The position numbers and the translations under genes are program-made. The notes under the pieces are model-generated. The model was not told where the DNA came from. It searched no databases and worked only from the letters and a program-made list of their open reading frames with translations. From the human T2T-CHM13v2.0 reference genome, Homo sapiens, in NCBI RefSeq assembly GCF_009914755.1, contig NC_060933.1: DNA of 64,000 bases. The stretch is one strand, 5' to 3'. This document shows positions 42,401 to 56,200 of this stretch, in pieces (position 1 is the first letter of the stretch; each line of letters starts with the position of its first letter).

Positions 42401-45116
42401 TAGAATGGAATCAACCGGAGTGGAATGGAATGGAAAGGACTGGAATGGAATGGAATGGAATGCAATGGAATCAACTCGATTGCAATGAAATGGAATGGAA
42501 TGGAATGGAATGGAATGGAATTAACCGGAATAGAATGGAATTGAATGGAATGGAAAGGAATGGAATGGAATAGAATGGAATGGAATGGATTCAACTCGAA
42601 TGGAATGGAAAGGAATGGAATCAACCCGAGTGGAATGGCATGGAACGGAATGGAATGGAATGGAATGGAATGGAATTAACCCTAATAGAATGGAATGGAA
42701 TGGAATGGAATGGAATGGAATGGAAGGAAATGGAATGGAATGGAATGGAATGGAATGGAATGGAATGGAATGGAAGGAAATGGAATGGAATGGAATGGAA
42801 TGGAATGGAATGGAATGGAATGGAATGGAAGGAAATGGAATGGAATGGAATGGAATGGAATGGAATGGAATGGAATGGTACGGAATAGAATGGAATGGAA
42901 CGAAATGGAATGGAATGGAATGGAATGGAATGGAATGGAATGGAATGGAAGTGAATGGAATGGAATGTAATGAAACCGAGTGCAGGGGAATGGAATGGAA
43001 TGGAATGCAATGGAATGGAGTCATCCGGAATGGAACGGAATGGAATGGAATGGAATCAACCCGAGTGCAATGGAATGGAATGGAATGGAAAGGAATGGAA
43101 TGGAATGGATTCAACCCGAATGGAATGGAAAGGAATGGAATCAACCCGAGAGGAATGGCATGGAATGGAATGGAATGGAATGGAGTGGAATGGTACGGAA
43201 TAGAATGTAATGGAACGAAACGGAATGGAATGGAATGGAATGGAATGGAATGGAATGGAATCATTCCGAGTGGAATAGAAGGGAATGTTTTCGAGTGGAA
43301 TGAAAAGGAATGGTATCAACCAGAGTGGAATGGAATGGAATCGAATGGAATGGAAAGGAATAGAATGGAATCAACCCGAGTGGAATGGAATGGAAAGGAC
43401 TGGAATGGAATGGAATGGAATGCAATGGAATCAACTCGATTGCAATGAAATGGAATGGAATGGAATGGAATGGAATGGAATGGAATGGAATGGAATAGAA
43501 TGGAAAGGAATCACTCCAAGTGCAGGGGAATTTAATGGAATGGAATGCAGTGGAATGGAATCATCCGGAATGGAATGGAATGGAATGGAATGGAACGGAA
43601 TGGAATGGAATCAACTCGAATTCAATGGAATGGAAAGGAATGGAATGGAATGGAATGCAATGGAATCGTACGGAATAGAATGGAATGGAACGAAATGGAA
43701 TGTAATGGAATGGACTGGAATGGAATGGAATGGAATGGAACGGAATGGAATGGAATGAACCCGCGTGCAATGGAATGGAACGGAATGGAATGGAATGGAA
43801 TGGAATGGAATGGAATGGGTTCAACTCGAATGGAATGGAAAGGAATGGAATCAACACGAGTGGAATGGCATGGAATGGAATGGAATTGAATGAAATGGAA
43901 TGGAATGGAATGGAATGAAATGTAATGGAATGGAAAGGAATGGAATCAACACGAGTGGAATGGCATGGAATGGAATGGAATTGAATGAAATGGAATGGAA
44001 TGGAATGGAATGAAATGTAATGGAATGGAATGGATTGGAATCAACCCGAGTGCAATGTAATGGAATCGAATGGAATGGAATGGAATGGATTCAACCCGAA
44101 TGGAATTAAAAGGAATGGAATATACCCGAGTGGAATGGCATGGAATGGAGTGGAATGGAATGGAATGGAATGGAATGGAATGGAATGGAATGGTACGGAA
44201 TAGAATGGAATGTAACGAAATGGAATGTAAGGGAATGGAATGGAATGGAATGGAATGAACCCGTGTGCAATGGAATGGAATGGAATGGAATGGAATGGAA
44301 TGGAATGGATTCAACTCTAATGGAATGGAAGGGAATGGAATCAACGCGAGTGGAATGGCATGGAATGGAATGGAATGGAATGGAATGGAAGTAAATGGAA
44401 TGGAATGGAATGAACCCGAGTGCAGGGGAATGGAATGGAATGGAATGGAATGGAATGGAATGGAATGGAATTGAATGGAATGGAATGGAATGCAGTGGAA
44501 TGGAATCAAACCTAGTGCAATTGAATGGAATGGAATGGAATGGAATGGAATGGAATGGATTCAACCCAAATGGAATGGAAAGCAATGGAATCAACCCGAG
44601 TGGAATGGCATGGAATGGAATGGAATGGAATGTAATGGAATGGAATGGAATGGAATGGAATGGAATGGAATGGTACGGAATAAAATGGAATGGAACGAAA
44701 TGGAATGGAATGGAACGGATTAGAATGGAATCATTCCGAGTGGAATAGAAGGGAATGAATTCGAGTGGAATGGAAAGGAATGGAATCAACCAGAGTGGAA
44801 TGGAAGGGAATGGAATGGAATGGAAACTAATAAAATGGAATCAACACGAGTGGAATGGAATGGAAAAGACTGGAATGGAAAGGAATGGAATGGAATCAAG
44901 TCGATTGCAATGGAATGTAATGGAATGGAGTGGAATGGAATTAACGCGAATAGAATGGAATGGAATGGAATGGAATGGAATGGAATGGAATGGAATGGAA
45001 TGGAATCAACCTGAGTGCAGGGGAATAGAATGCAATGGAATGCAATGGAATGGAATGGAATGGAATGGAATCAACGCGAGTGCAGGGGAATGGAATGTAA
45101 TGGAATGCAATGGAAT

Positions 45117-45131
45117 GGAATCTTCCGGAAT
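45117..45131. promoter_or_regulatory. Perfect three-unit heat-shock element (nGAAnnTTCnnGAAn), representative of about 21 copies
   Basis: gGAAtcTTCcgGAAt matches the canonical HSF1 HSE. Other copies lie near 114, 748, 22927, 23691, 25405, 27838, 28707, 30155, 32897, 34125, 35903, 36796, 45979, 46852, 52182, 53045, 58505, 59358, 61468 and 61833. The match is seen in the sequence; binding is not shown. Confidence 0.5.
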
Positions 45132-46851
45132 GGAATGGAATGGAATGGAATCAACCCGAGTGCAATGGAATGGAGTGGAATGGAATGGAATGGAATTGAA
45201 CAACCCGAATGCAATCGAATGTAATGGAGAGTAAGGGAGTTGAATAGAATCAATCCGAATGTAATGGAATGGAATGGAACGGAATGGAATTGAATGGTAT
45301 GGAATGGAATGCAATGGAATGGAATCAACCCGAGTGCAATGGAATGGAGAGGAATGGAATGGAAACTACCCGAATGGAATGGAATGTAATGGAGTGTAAG
45401 GGAATTGAATAGAATCAATCTGAATGTAATGAAATGGAATGGAACGGAAAGGAATGGAATGGAATGGAATGGAATGGAATGGAATGCAATGGAATGGAAT
45501 CAACCCGAGTGCAATCGAATGGAATCGAATGTAATGGAATGCAATGGAATGGATTCAACTTGAATGGAATGGAAAGAATGGAATCAATACGAGAGGAATG
45601 GCATGGATTGGAATGGAATGGAATGGAATCAACCCGAGTACAGGGGAATGGAATGGAATGGAATGCAATGGAATGGAATCATCCGTAATGTAATGGAAAG
45701 GAATGGAATGGAATGGAATGGAATGGAATGGAATGGAATGGAATGGAATCAACTCGATTGCAATCGAATGGAATGGAATGGAATTAACCCAAATAGAATG
45801 GAATGGAATGGAATGGAATGGAACGGAAAGGAATGGAATGGAATGGAATGGAATAGAATGGAATGGAACGGAACGGAATGGAACGGAATGGAATGGAATG
45901 GAATGGAATGGAATGGAATGGAATGGAATCAACGCGAGTGCAGGGGAATGTAATGTAATGGAATGCAATGGAATGGAATCTTCCGGAATGGAATGGAATG
46001 GAATGGAATCAACCCGAGTGCAATGGAATGGAGTGGAATGGAATGGAATGGAATTGAACAACCCGAATGCAATCGAATGTAATGGAGAGTAAGGGAGTTG
46101 AATAGAATCAATCCGAATGTAATGGAATGGAATGGAACGGAATGGAATTGAATGGTATGGAATGGAATGCAATGGAATGGAATCAACCCGAGTGCAATGG
46201 AATGGAGAGGAATGGAATGGAAACTACCCGAATGGAATGGAATGTAATGGAGTGTAAGGGAATTGAATAGAATCAATCCGAATGTAATGGAATGGAATGG
46301 AACGGAATGGAATGGAATGGAATGGAATGGAATGGAATGGAATGGAATGGAATGGAATACAATGGAATGGAATCAACCCGAGTGCAATCGAATGGAATCG
46401 AAAGTAATGGAATGCAATGGAATGGATTCAACTTGAATGGAATGGAAAGAATGGAATCAATACGAGTGGAATGGCATGGATTGGAATGGAATGGAATGGA
46501 ATCAACCCGAGTACAGGGGAATGGAATGGAATGGAATGCAATGGAATGGAATCATCCGTAATGTAATGGAAAGGAATGGAATGGAATGGAATGGAATGGA
46601 ATGGAATGGAATGGAATCAACTCGATTGCAGTCGAATGGAATGGAATGGAATTAACCCAAATAGAATGGAATGGAATGGAATGGAATGGAACGGAAAGGA
46701 ATGGAATGGAATGGAATGGAATAGAATGGAATGGAACGGAACGGAACGGAACGGAATGGAATGGAATGGAATGGAATGGAATGGAATGGAATGGAATGGA
46801 ATCAACGCGAGTGCAGGGGAATGGAATGGAATGGAATGCAATGGAATGGAA
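45121..46851 (-). repeat. Tandem duplication of a ~860-bp module (858 + 873 bp)
   Basis: TCTTCCGG anchors at 45121, 45979 and 46852. CAACCCGAATGCAATCG at 45201 and 46059 (858 apart). The ORF translations 45071..45418 and 45929..46276 are nearly identical. Confidence 0.9.
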
Positions 46852-47085
46852 TCTTCCGGAATGGAATGGAATGGAATGGAATGGCATGAAATGCAATGGA
46901 TTCAACTCGATTGCAATGGAATGGAATAGAATGGAATGGAATGGAATGGAATGGAATTAACCCGAATAGAATGGAATGGAATGGAATGGAACGGAATGGA
47001 ACGGAACGGAATGGAACGGAATGGAATGGAATGGAATGGAATGGAATGGAATGGAATGGAATGGTATGGAGTGGAATGGAATGGA

Positions 47086-50000
47086 ATCAACACGAGTGCA
47101 GTGTAATGGAATCGAATGGAATGGAATGGAATGGAATGGATTCAACACGAATGGAATGGAAAGGAATGGAATAAACCCGCGTGGAATGGCATGGAATGGA
47201 GTGGAATGGAATGGAATGGAATGGAATGGAATCAACCCGAGTGCAATGTAATGGAATGGAATGGAATGGAATGGAATGGAATGGATTCAACCCGAATGGA
47301 ATGGAAAGGAATGGAATAATCCCGAGTGGAATGGCATGAAGTGGAGTGGAATGGAATGGAATGGAATGGAATGGTACGGAATAGAATGGAATGGAACGAA
47401 ATGGAATGGAATGGAATGGAATGGAATGAACCCGTGTGCAATGGAATGGAATCGAATGGAATGGAATGGATTGGAATGGATTCAACTCGAATGGAATGGA
47501 AAGGAATGGAATCAACCCGAGTGGAATGGCATGGAATGGAATGGAATGGAATGGAATGGAATGGAATGGAATGGTACGGAATAGAATGGAAAGGAACGAA
47601 ATGGAATGGAATGAAATGGAATGGAATGGAATGGAATGGAATGGAATGGAATGGAATGGAATCAACCCGAGTGCAGGGGAATGGAATGGAATTGAAGGCA
47701 ATGGAATGGAATCATCCGGAATTGAATGGAATGGAATGGAATCAACTCGATTGCAATGGAATGGAATGGAATGGAATGGAATGGAATGGAATGGAATGGA
47801 ATTAACCAGAATAGAATGGAATGGAATGGAATGGAAGTAAATGGAATGGAAGGTAATGAACCCGAGTGCAGGGGAATGGAATGGAATGGAATGCAATGAA
47901 ATGGAGTCATCCGGAATGGAACGGAAAGGAATGGAATGGAACCAACCCGTGTGCAATGGAATTGAAAGGAATGGAATTGAATGGAATGGAATGGAATGGA
48001 ATGGAATGGAATGGAATGGAATGGAATGGAATGGATTCAACCCGAATGGAATGGAAAGGAAGGGAATCAACCCAAGTGGAATGGCATGGAATGGAATGGA
48101 TTGGAATGGAATGGAATGGTACCGAATGGAATGGAATGGAATGGTACCGAATAGAATGGAATGGAACGAAATGGAACGGAATGGAATGGAATGGAATGGA
48201 ATGGAGTGAACACGTGTGCAATGGATTGGAATGGAATGGAATGGAATGGAATGGAATGGAATGGGTTCGACTCGAATGGAACGGAATGTAATGAAATCAA
48301 CCCGAGTGGAATGGCATGGAATGGAATGGAATGGAATGGAATGGAATGGAATGGAAACAACACGAGTGCAATGTAATGGAATCGAATGGAATGGAATGCA
48401 ATGGATTCAACCCGAATGGAATGGAAACGAATGGAATAAAACCGAGTGGAATGGCATGGAATGGAGTCTAATGGAATGGAATGGAATGGAATGGTATGGA
48501 ATAGAATGGAATGGAACGAAATGGAATGGAATGGAATGGAATGAAATGAACCCGTGTGCAATGGAATGGAATGGAATGGAATGGAATGGAATGGATTCAA
48601 CTCGAATGGAATGGAAAGGAATGGAATCAACCCGAGTGGAATGGCATGGAATGGAATGGAATGGAATGGAATTAACCCTAATAGAATGGAATGGAATGGA
48701 ATGGAATGGAATGGAATGGAATGGAAGGAAATGGAATGGAATGGAATGGAATGGAATGGAATGGAATGGAATGGTACGGAATAGAATGGAATGGAACGAA
48801 ATGGAATGGAATGGAATGGAATGGGATGGAATGGAATGGAATGGAATCAACCCGAGTGCAGGGGAATGGAATGGAATGGAAGGCAATGGAATGACATCAT
48901 TCGGAATTGAATGGAATGGAATGGAATGGAATGGAATCAACTCGATTGGAATGGAATGGAATGGAATGGAATGGAATGGAATGGAATGGAATGGAATGGA
49001 AGTGAATGGAATGGAATGTAATGAAACCGAGTGCAGGGGAATGGAATGGAATGGAATGCAATGGAATGGAGTCATCCGGAATGGAACGGAATGGAATGGA
49101 ATGGAATCAACCCGAGTGCAATGGAATGGAATGGAATGGAAAGGAATGGAATGGAATGGACTCAACCCGAATGGAATGGAAAGGAATGGAATCAACCCGA
49201 GAGGAATGGCATGGAATGGAATGGAATGGAATGGAGTGGAATGGTACAGAATAGAATGTAATGGAACGAAATGGAATGGAATGGAATGGAATGGAATGGA
49301 ATCATTCCGAGTGGAATAGAAGGGAATGTTTTCGAGTGGAATGAAAAGGAATGGAATCAACCAGAGTGGAATGGAATGGAATCGAGTGGAATGGAATGCA
49401 ATCGAATGGAATGGAAAGGAATAGAATGGAATCAACCCGAGTGGAATGGAATGGAAAGGACTGGAATGGAATGGAATGGAATGCAATGGAATCAACTCGA
49501 TTGCAATGAAATGGAATGGAATGGAATGGAATGGAATGGAATTAACCGGAATAGAATGGAATTGAATGGAATGGAAAGGAATGGAATGGAATAGAATGGA
49601 ATGGAATGGATTCAACTCGAATGGAATGGAAAGGAATGGAATCAACCCGAGTGGAATGGCATGGAACGGAATGGAATGGAATGGAATGGAATGGAATTAA
49701 CCCTAATAGAATGGAATGGAATGGAATGGAATGGAATGGAATGGAATGGAATGGAAGGAAATGGAATGGAATGGAATGGAATGGAATGGAATGGAATGGA
49801 AGGAAATGGAATGGAATGGAATGGAATGGAATGGAATGGAATGGAAGGAAATGGAATGGAATGGAATGGAATGGAAAGGAATGGAATGGAATGGAATGGA
49901 AGGAAATGGAATGGAATGGAATGGAATGGAATGGAATGGAATGGAATGGTACGGAATAGAATGGAATGGAACGAAATGGAATGGAATGGAATGGAATGGA

Positions 50001-53000
50001 ATGGAATGGAATGGAATGGAAGTGAATGGAATGGAATGTAATGAAACCGAGTGCAGGGGAATGGAATGGAATGGAATGCAATGGAATGGAGTCATCCGGA
50101 ATGGAACGGAATGGAATGGAATGGAATCAACCCGAGTGCAATGGAATGGAATGGAATGGAAAGGAATGGAATGGAATGGATTCAACCCGAATGGAATGGA
50201 AAGGAATGGAATCAACCCGAGAGGAATGGCATGGAATGGAATGGAATGGAATGGAGTGGAATGGTACGGAATAGAATGTAATGGAACGAAACGGAATGGA
50301 ATGGAATGGAATGGAATGGAATGGAATGGAATCATTCCGAGTGGAATAGAAGGGAATGTTTTCGAGTGGAATGAAAAGGAATGGTATCAACCAGAGTGGA
50401 ATGGAATGGAATCGAATGGAATGGAAAGGAATAGAATGGAATCAACCCGAGTGGAATGGAATGGAAAGGACTGGAATGGAATGGAATGGAATGCAATGGA
50501 ATCAACACGATTGCAATGAAATGGAATGGAATGGAATGGAATGGAATGGAATGGAATGGAATAGAATGGAAAGGAATCACTCCAAGTGCAGGGGAATTTA
50601 ATGGAATGGAATGCAGTGGAATGGAATCATCCGGAATGGAATGGAATGGAATGGAATGGAACGGAATGGAATGGAATCAACTCGAATTCAATGGAATGGA
50701 AAGGAATGGAATGGAATGGAATGCAATGGAATCGTACGGAATAGAATGGAATGGAACGAAATGGAATGTAATGGAATGGAATGGAATGGAATGGAATGGA
50801 ACGGAATGGAATGGAATGAACCCGCGTGCAATGGAATGGAACGGAATGGAATGGAATGGAATGGAATGGAATGGAATGGGTTCAACTCGAATGGAATGGA
50901 AAGGAATGGAATCAACACGAGTGGAATGGCATGGAATGGAATGGAATTGAATGAAATGGAATGGAATGGAATGGAATGAAATGTAATGGAATGGAAAGGA
51001 ATGGAATCAACACGAGTGGAATGGCATGGAATGGAATGGAATTGAATGAAATGGAATGGAATGGAATGGAATGAAATGTAATGGAATGGAATGGAATGGA
51101 ATCAACCCGAGTGCAATGTAATGGAATCGAATGGAATGGAATGGAATGGATTCAACCCGAATGGAATTAAAAGGAATGGAATATACCCGAGTGGAATGGC
51201 ATGGAATGGAGTGGAATGGAATGGAATGGAATGGAATGGAATGGTACGGAATAGAATGGAATGTAACGAAATGGAATGTAAGGGAATGGAATGGAATGGA
51301 ATGGAATGAACCCGTGTGCAATGGAATGGAATGGAATGGAATGGAATGGAATGGAATGGATTCAACTCTAATGGAATGGAAGGGAATGGAATCAACGCGA
51401 GTGGAATGGCATGGAATGGAATGGAATGGAATGGAATGGAAGTAAATGGAATGGAATGGAATGAACCCGAGTGCAGGGGAATGGAATGGAATGGAATGGA
51501 ATGGAATGGAATGGAATTGAATGGAATGGAATGGAATGCAGTGGAATGGAATCAAACCTAGTGCAATTGAATGGAATGGAATGGAATGGAATGGAATGGA
51601 ATGGAATGGAATGGAATGGATTCAACCCAAATGGAATGGAAAGCAATGGAATCAACCCGAGTGGAATGGCATGGAATGGAATGGAATGGAATGTAATGGA
51701 ATGGAATGGAATGGAATGGAATGGTACGGAATAAAATGGAATGGAACGAAATGGAATGGAATGGAACGGAATAGAATGGAATGATTCCGAGTGGAATAGA
51801 AGGGAATGAATTCGAGTGGAATGGAAAGGAATGGAATCAACCAGAGTGGAATGGAAGGGAATGGAATGGAATGGAAACTAATAAAATGGAATCAACACGA
51901 GTGGAATGGAATGGAAAGGACTTGAATGGAATGGAATGGAATGGAATGGAATCAAGTCGATTGCAATGGAATGTAATGGAATGGAGTGGAATGGAATTAA
52001 CGCGAATAGAATGGAATGGAATGGAATGGAATGGAATGGAATGGAATGGAATGGAATGGAATGGAATCAACCTGAGTGCAGGGGAATGGAATGCAATGGA
52101 ATGCAATGGAATGGAATGGAATGGAATGGAATCAACGCGAGTGCAGGGGAATGGAATGTAATGGAATGCAATGGAATGGAATCTTCCGGAATGGAATGGA
52201 ATGGAATGGAATCAACCCGAGTGCAATGGAATGGAGTGGAATGGAATGGAATGGAATTGAACAACACGAATGCAATCGAATGTAATGGAGAGTAAGGGAG
52301 TTGAATAGAATCAATCCGAATGTAATGGAATGGAATGGAACGGAATGGAATTGAATGGTATGGAATGGAATGCAATGGAATGGAATCAACCCGAGTGCAA
52401 TGGAATGGAGAGGAATGGAGTGGAAACTACCCGAATGGAATGGAATGTAATGGAGTGTAAGGGAATTGAATAGAATCAATCCGAATGTAATGGAATGGAA
52501 TGGAACGGAATGGAATGGAATGGAATGGAATGGAATGGAATGGAATGGAATACAATGGAATGGAATCAACCCGAGTGCAATCGAATGGAATCGAATGTAA
52601 TGGAATGCAATGGAATGGATTCAACTTGAATGGAATGGAAAGAATGGAATCAATACGAGTGGAATGGCATGGATTGGAATGGAATGGAATGGAATCAACC
52701 CGAGTACAGGGGAATGGAATGGAATGGAATGCAATGGAATGGAATCATCCGTAATGTAATGGAAAGGAATGGAATGGAATGGAATGGAATGGAATGGAAT
52801 GGAATGGAATGGAATCAACTCGATTGCAGTCGAATGGAATGGAATGGAATTAACCCAAATAGAATGGAATGGAATGGAATGGAATGGAACGGAAAGGAAT
52901 GGAATGGAATGGAATGGAATAGAATGGAATGGAACGGAACGGAATGGAACGGAATGGAATGGAATGGAATGGAATGGAATGGAATGGAATGGAATCAACG

Positions 53001-53248
53001 CGAGTGCAGGGGAATGGAATGGAATGGAATGCAATGGAATGGAATCTTCCGGAATGGAATGGAATGGAATGGAATGGCATGAAATGCAATGGATTCAACT
53101 CGATTGCAATGGAATGGAATGGAATGGAATGGAATGGAATGGAATGGAATTAACCCGAATAGAATGGAATGGAATGGAATGGAACGGAATGGAACGGAAT
53201 GGAATGGAATGGAATGGAATGGAATGGTATGGAGTGGAATGGAATGGA
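47086..53248 (-). repeat. ~6.15-kb HOR, copy B (6163 bp)
   Basis: Unit start ATCAACACGAGTGCAGTGTAAT at 47086 recurs at 53249. Internal markers at 48263, 48464, 48893 and 50577 are in the same order as in the other copies. Confidence 0.9.
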
Positions 53249-56200
53249 ATCAACACGAGTGCAGTGTAATGGAATCGAATGGAATGGAATGGAATGGAAT
53301 GGATTCAACACGAATGGAATGGAAAGGAATGGAATAAACCCGCGTGGAATGGCATGGAATGGAGTGGAATGGAATGGAATGGAATGGAATGGAATCAACC
53401 CGAGTGCAATGTAATGGAATCGAATGGAATGGAATGGAATGGAATGGATTCAACCCGAATGGAATGGAAAGGAATGGAATAATCCCGAGTGGAATGGCAT
53501 GAAGTGGAGTGGAATGGAATGGAATGGAATGGAATGGAATGGTACGGAATAGAATGGAATGGAACGAAATGGAATGGAATGGAATGGAATGGAATGGAAT
53601 GGAATGGAATGAACCCGTGTGCAATGGAATGGAATCGAATGGAATGGAATGGATTGGAATGGATTCAACTCGAATGGAATGGAAAGGAATGGAATGAACA
53701 CGAGTGGAATGGCATGGAATGGAATGGAATGGAATGGAATGGAATGGAATGGTACGGAATAGAATGGAAAGGAACGAAATGGAATGGAATGAAATGGAAT
53801 GGAATGGAATGGAATGGAATGGAATGGAATCAACCCGAGTGCAGGGGAATGGAATGGAATTGAAGGCAATGGAATGGAATCATCCGGAATTGAATGGAAT
53901 GGAATGGAATCAACTCGATTGCAATGGAATGGAATGGAATGGAATGGAATGGAATGGAATGGAATGGAATGGAATGGAATGGAATTAACCCGAATAGAAT
54001 GGAATGGAATGGAATGGAAGTAAATGGAATGGAAGGTAATGAACCCGAGTGCAGGGGAATGGAATGGAATGGAATGCAATGAAATGGAGTCATCCGGAAT
54101 GGAACGGAAAGGAATGGAATGGAACCAACCCGTGTGCAATGGAATTGAAAGGAATGGAATGGAATGGAATGGAATGGAATGGAATGGAATGGAATGGATT
54201 CAACCCGAATGGAATGGAAAGGAAGGGAATCAACCCAAGTGGAATGGCATGGAATGGAATGGATTGGAATGGAATGGAATGGTACCGAATGGAATGGAAT
54301 GGAATGGTACCGAATAGAATGGAATGGAACGAAATGGAACGGAATGGAATGGAATGGAATGGAATGGAGTGAACACGTGTGCAATGGATTGGAATGGAAT
54401 GGAATGGAATGGAATGGAATGGAATGGGTTCGACTCGAATGGAACGGAATGTAATGAAATCAACCCGAGTGGAATGGCATGGAATGGAATGGAATGGAAT
54501 GGAATGGAATGGAAACAACACGAGTGCAATGTAATGGAATCGAATGGAATGGAATGCAATGGATTCAACCCGAATGGAATGGAAACGAATGGAATAAAAC
54601 CGAGTGGAATGGCATGGAATGGAGTCTAATGGAATGGAATGGAATGGAATGGTATGGAATAGAATGGAATGGAACGAAATGGAATGGAATGGAATGGAAT
54701 GAAATGAACCCGTGTGCAATGGAATGGAATGGAATGGAATGGAATGGAATGGATTCAACTCGAATGGAATGGAAAGGAATGGAATCAACCCGAGTGGAAT
54801 GGCATGGAATGGAATGGAATGGAATGGAATTAACCCTAATAGAATGGAATGGAATGGAATGGAATGGAATGGAATGGAAGGAAATGGAATGGAATGGAAT
54901 GGAATGGAATGGAATGGAATGGAATGGTACGGAATAGAATGGAATGGAACGAAATGGAATGGAATGGAATGGAATGGGATGGAATGGAATGGAATGGAAT
55001 CAACCCGAGTGCAGGGGAATGGAATGGAATGGAAGGCAATGGAATGACATCATTCGGAATTGAATGGAATGGAATGGAATGGAACGAAATGGAATGGAAT
55101 GGAATGGAATGGGATGGAATGGAATGGAATGGAATCAACCCGAGTGCAGGGGAATGGAATGGAATGGAAGGCAATGGAATGACATCATTCGGAATTGAAT
55201 GGAATGGAATGGAATGGAATGGAATCAACACGATTGGAATGGAATGGAATGGAATGGAATGGAATGGAATGGAATGGAATGGAAGTGAATGGAATGGAAT
55301 GGAATGAAACCGAGTGCAGGGGAATGGAATGGAATGGAATGCAATGGAATGGAGTCATCCGGAATGGAACGGAATGGAATGGAATGGAATCAACCCGAGT
55401 GCAATGGAATGGAATGGAATGGAAAGGAATGGAATGGAATGGACTCAACCCGAATGGAATGGAAAGGAATGGAATCAACCCGAGAGGAATGGCATGGAAT
55501 GGAATGGAATGGAATGGAGTGGAATGGTACAGAATAGAATGTAATGGAACGAAATGGAATGGAATGGAATGGAATGGAATGGAATCATTCCGAGTGGAAT
55601 AGAAGGGAATGTTTTCGAGTGGAATGAAAAGGAATGGAATCAACCAGAGTGGAATGGAATGGAATCGAGTGGAATGGAATGCAATCGAATGGAATGGAAA
55701 GGAATAGAATGGAATCAACCCGAGTGGAATGGAATGGAAAGGACTGGAATGGAATGGAATGGAATGCAATGGAATCAACTCGATTGCAATGAAATGGAAT
55801 GGAATGGAATGGAATGGAATGGAATTAACCGGAATAGAATGGAATTGAATGGAATGGAAAGGAATGGAATGGAATAGAATGGAATGGAATGGATTCAACT
55901 CGAATGGAATGGAAAGGAATGGAATCAACCCGAGTGGAATGGCATGGAACGGAATGGAATGGAATGGAATGGAATGGAATTAACCCTAATAGAATGGAAT
56001 GGAATGGAATGGAATGGAATGGAATGGAATGGAATGGAAGGAAATGGAATGGAATGGAACGGAATGGAATGGAATGGAATGGAATGGAATGGAAGGAAAT
56101 GGAATGGAATGGAATGGAATGGAATGGAATGGAATGGAATGGAAGGAAATGGAATGGAATGGAATGGAATGGAATGGAATGGAATGGAATGGAATGGAAG

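Larger units (their letters stand above)
40420..47085 (-). repeat. ~6.15-kb HOR, copy A (start truncated, carries an extra ~858-bp module)
   Basis: Ordered markers GGGTTCGACTCG 41252, GAGTCTAATGG 41453, GACATCATTCGG 41877 and TCACTCCAAGTGC 43511 recur about 7011-7066 bp downstream in copy B. Confidence 0.85.

Noticed and set aside
44827-44835. AATAAA polyadenylation-like hexamers (e.g. CTAATAAAA, GGAATAAACCC)
   Set aside because: Single-base variants of satellite words with no GU-rich downstream element or gene context.
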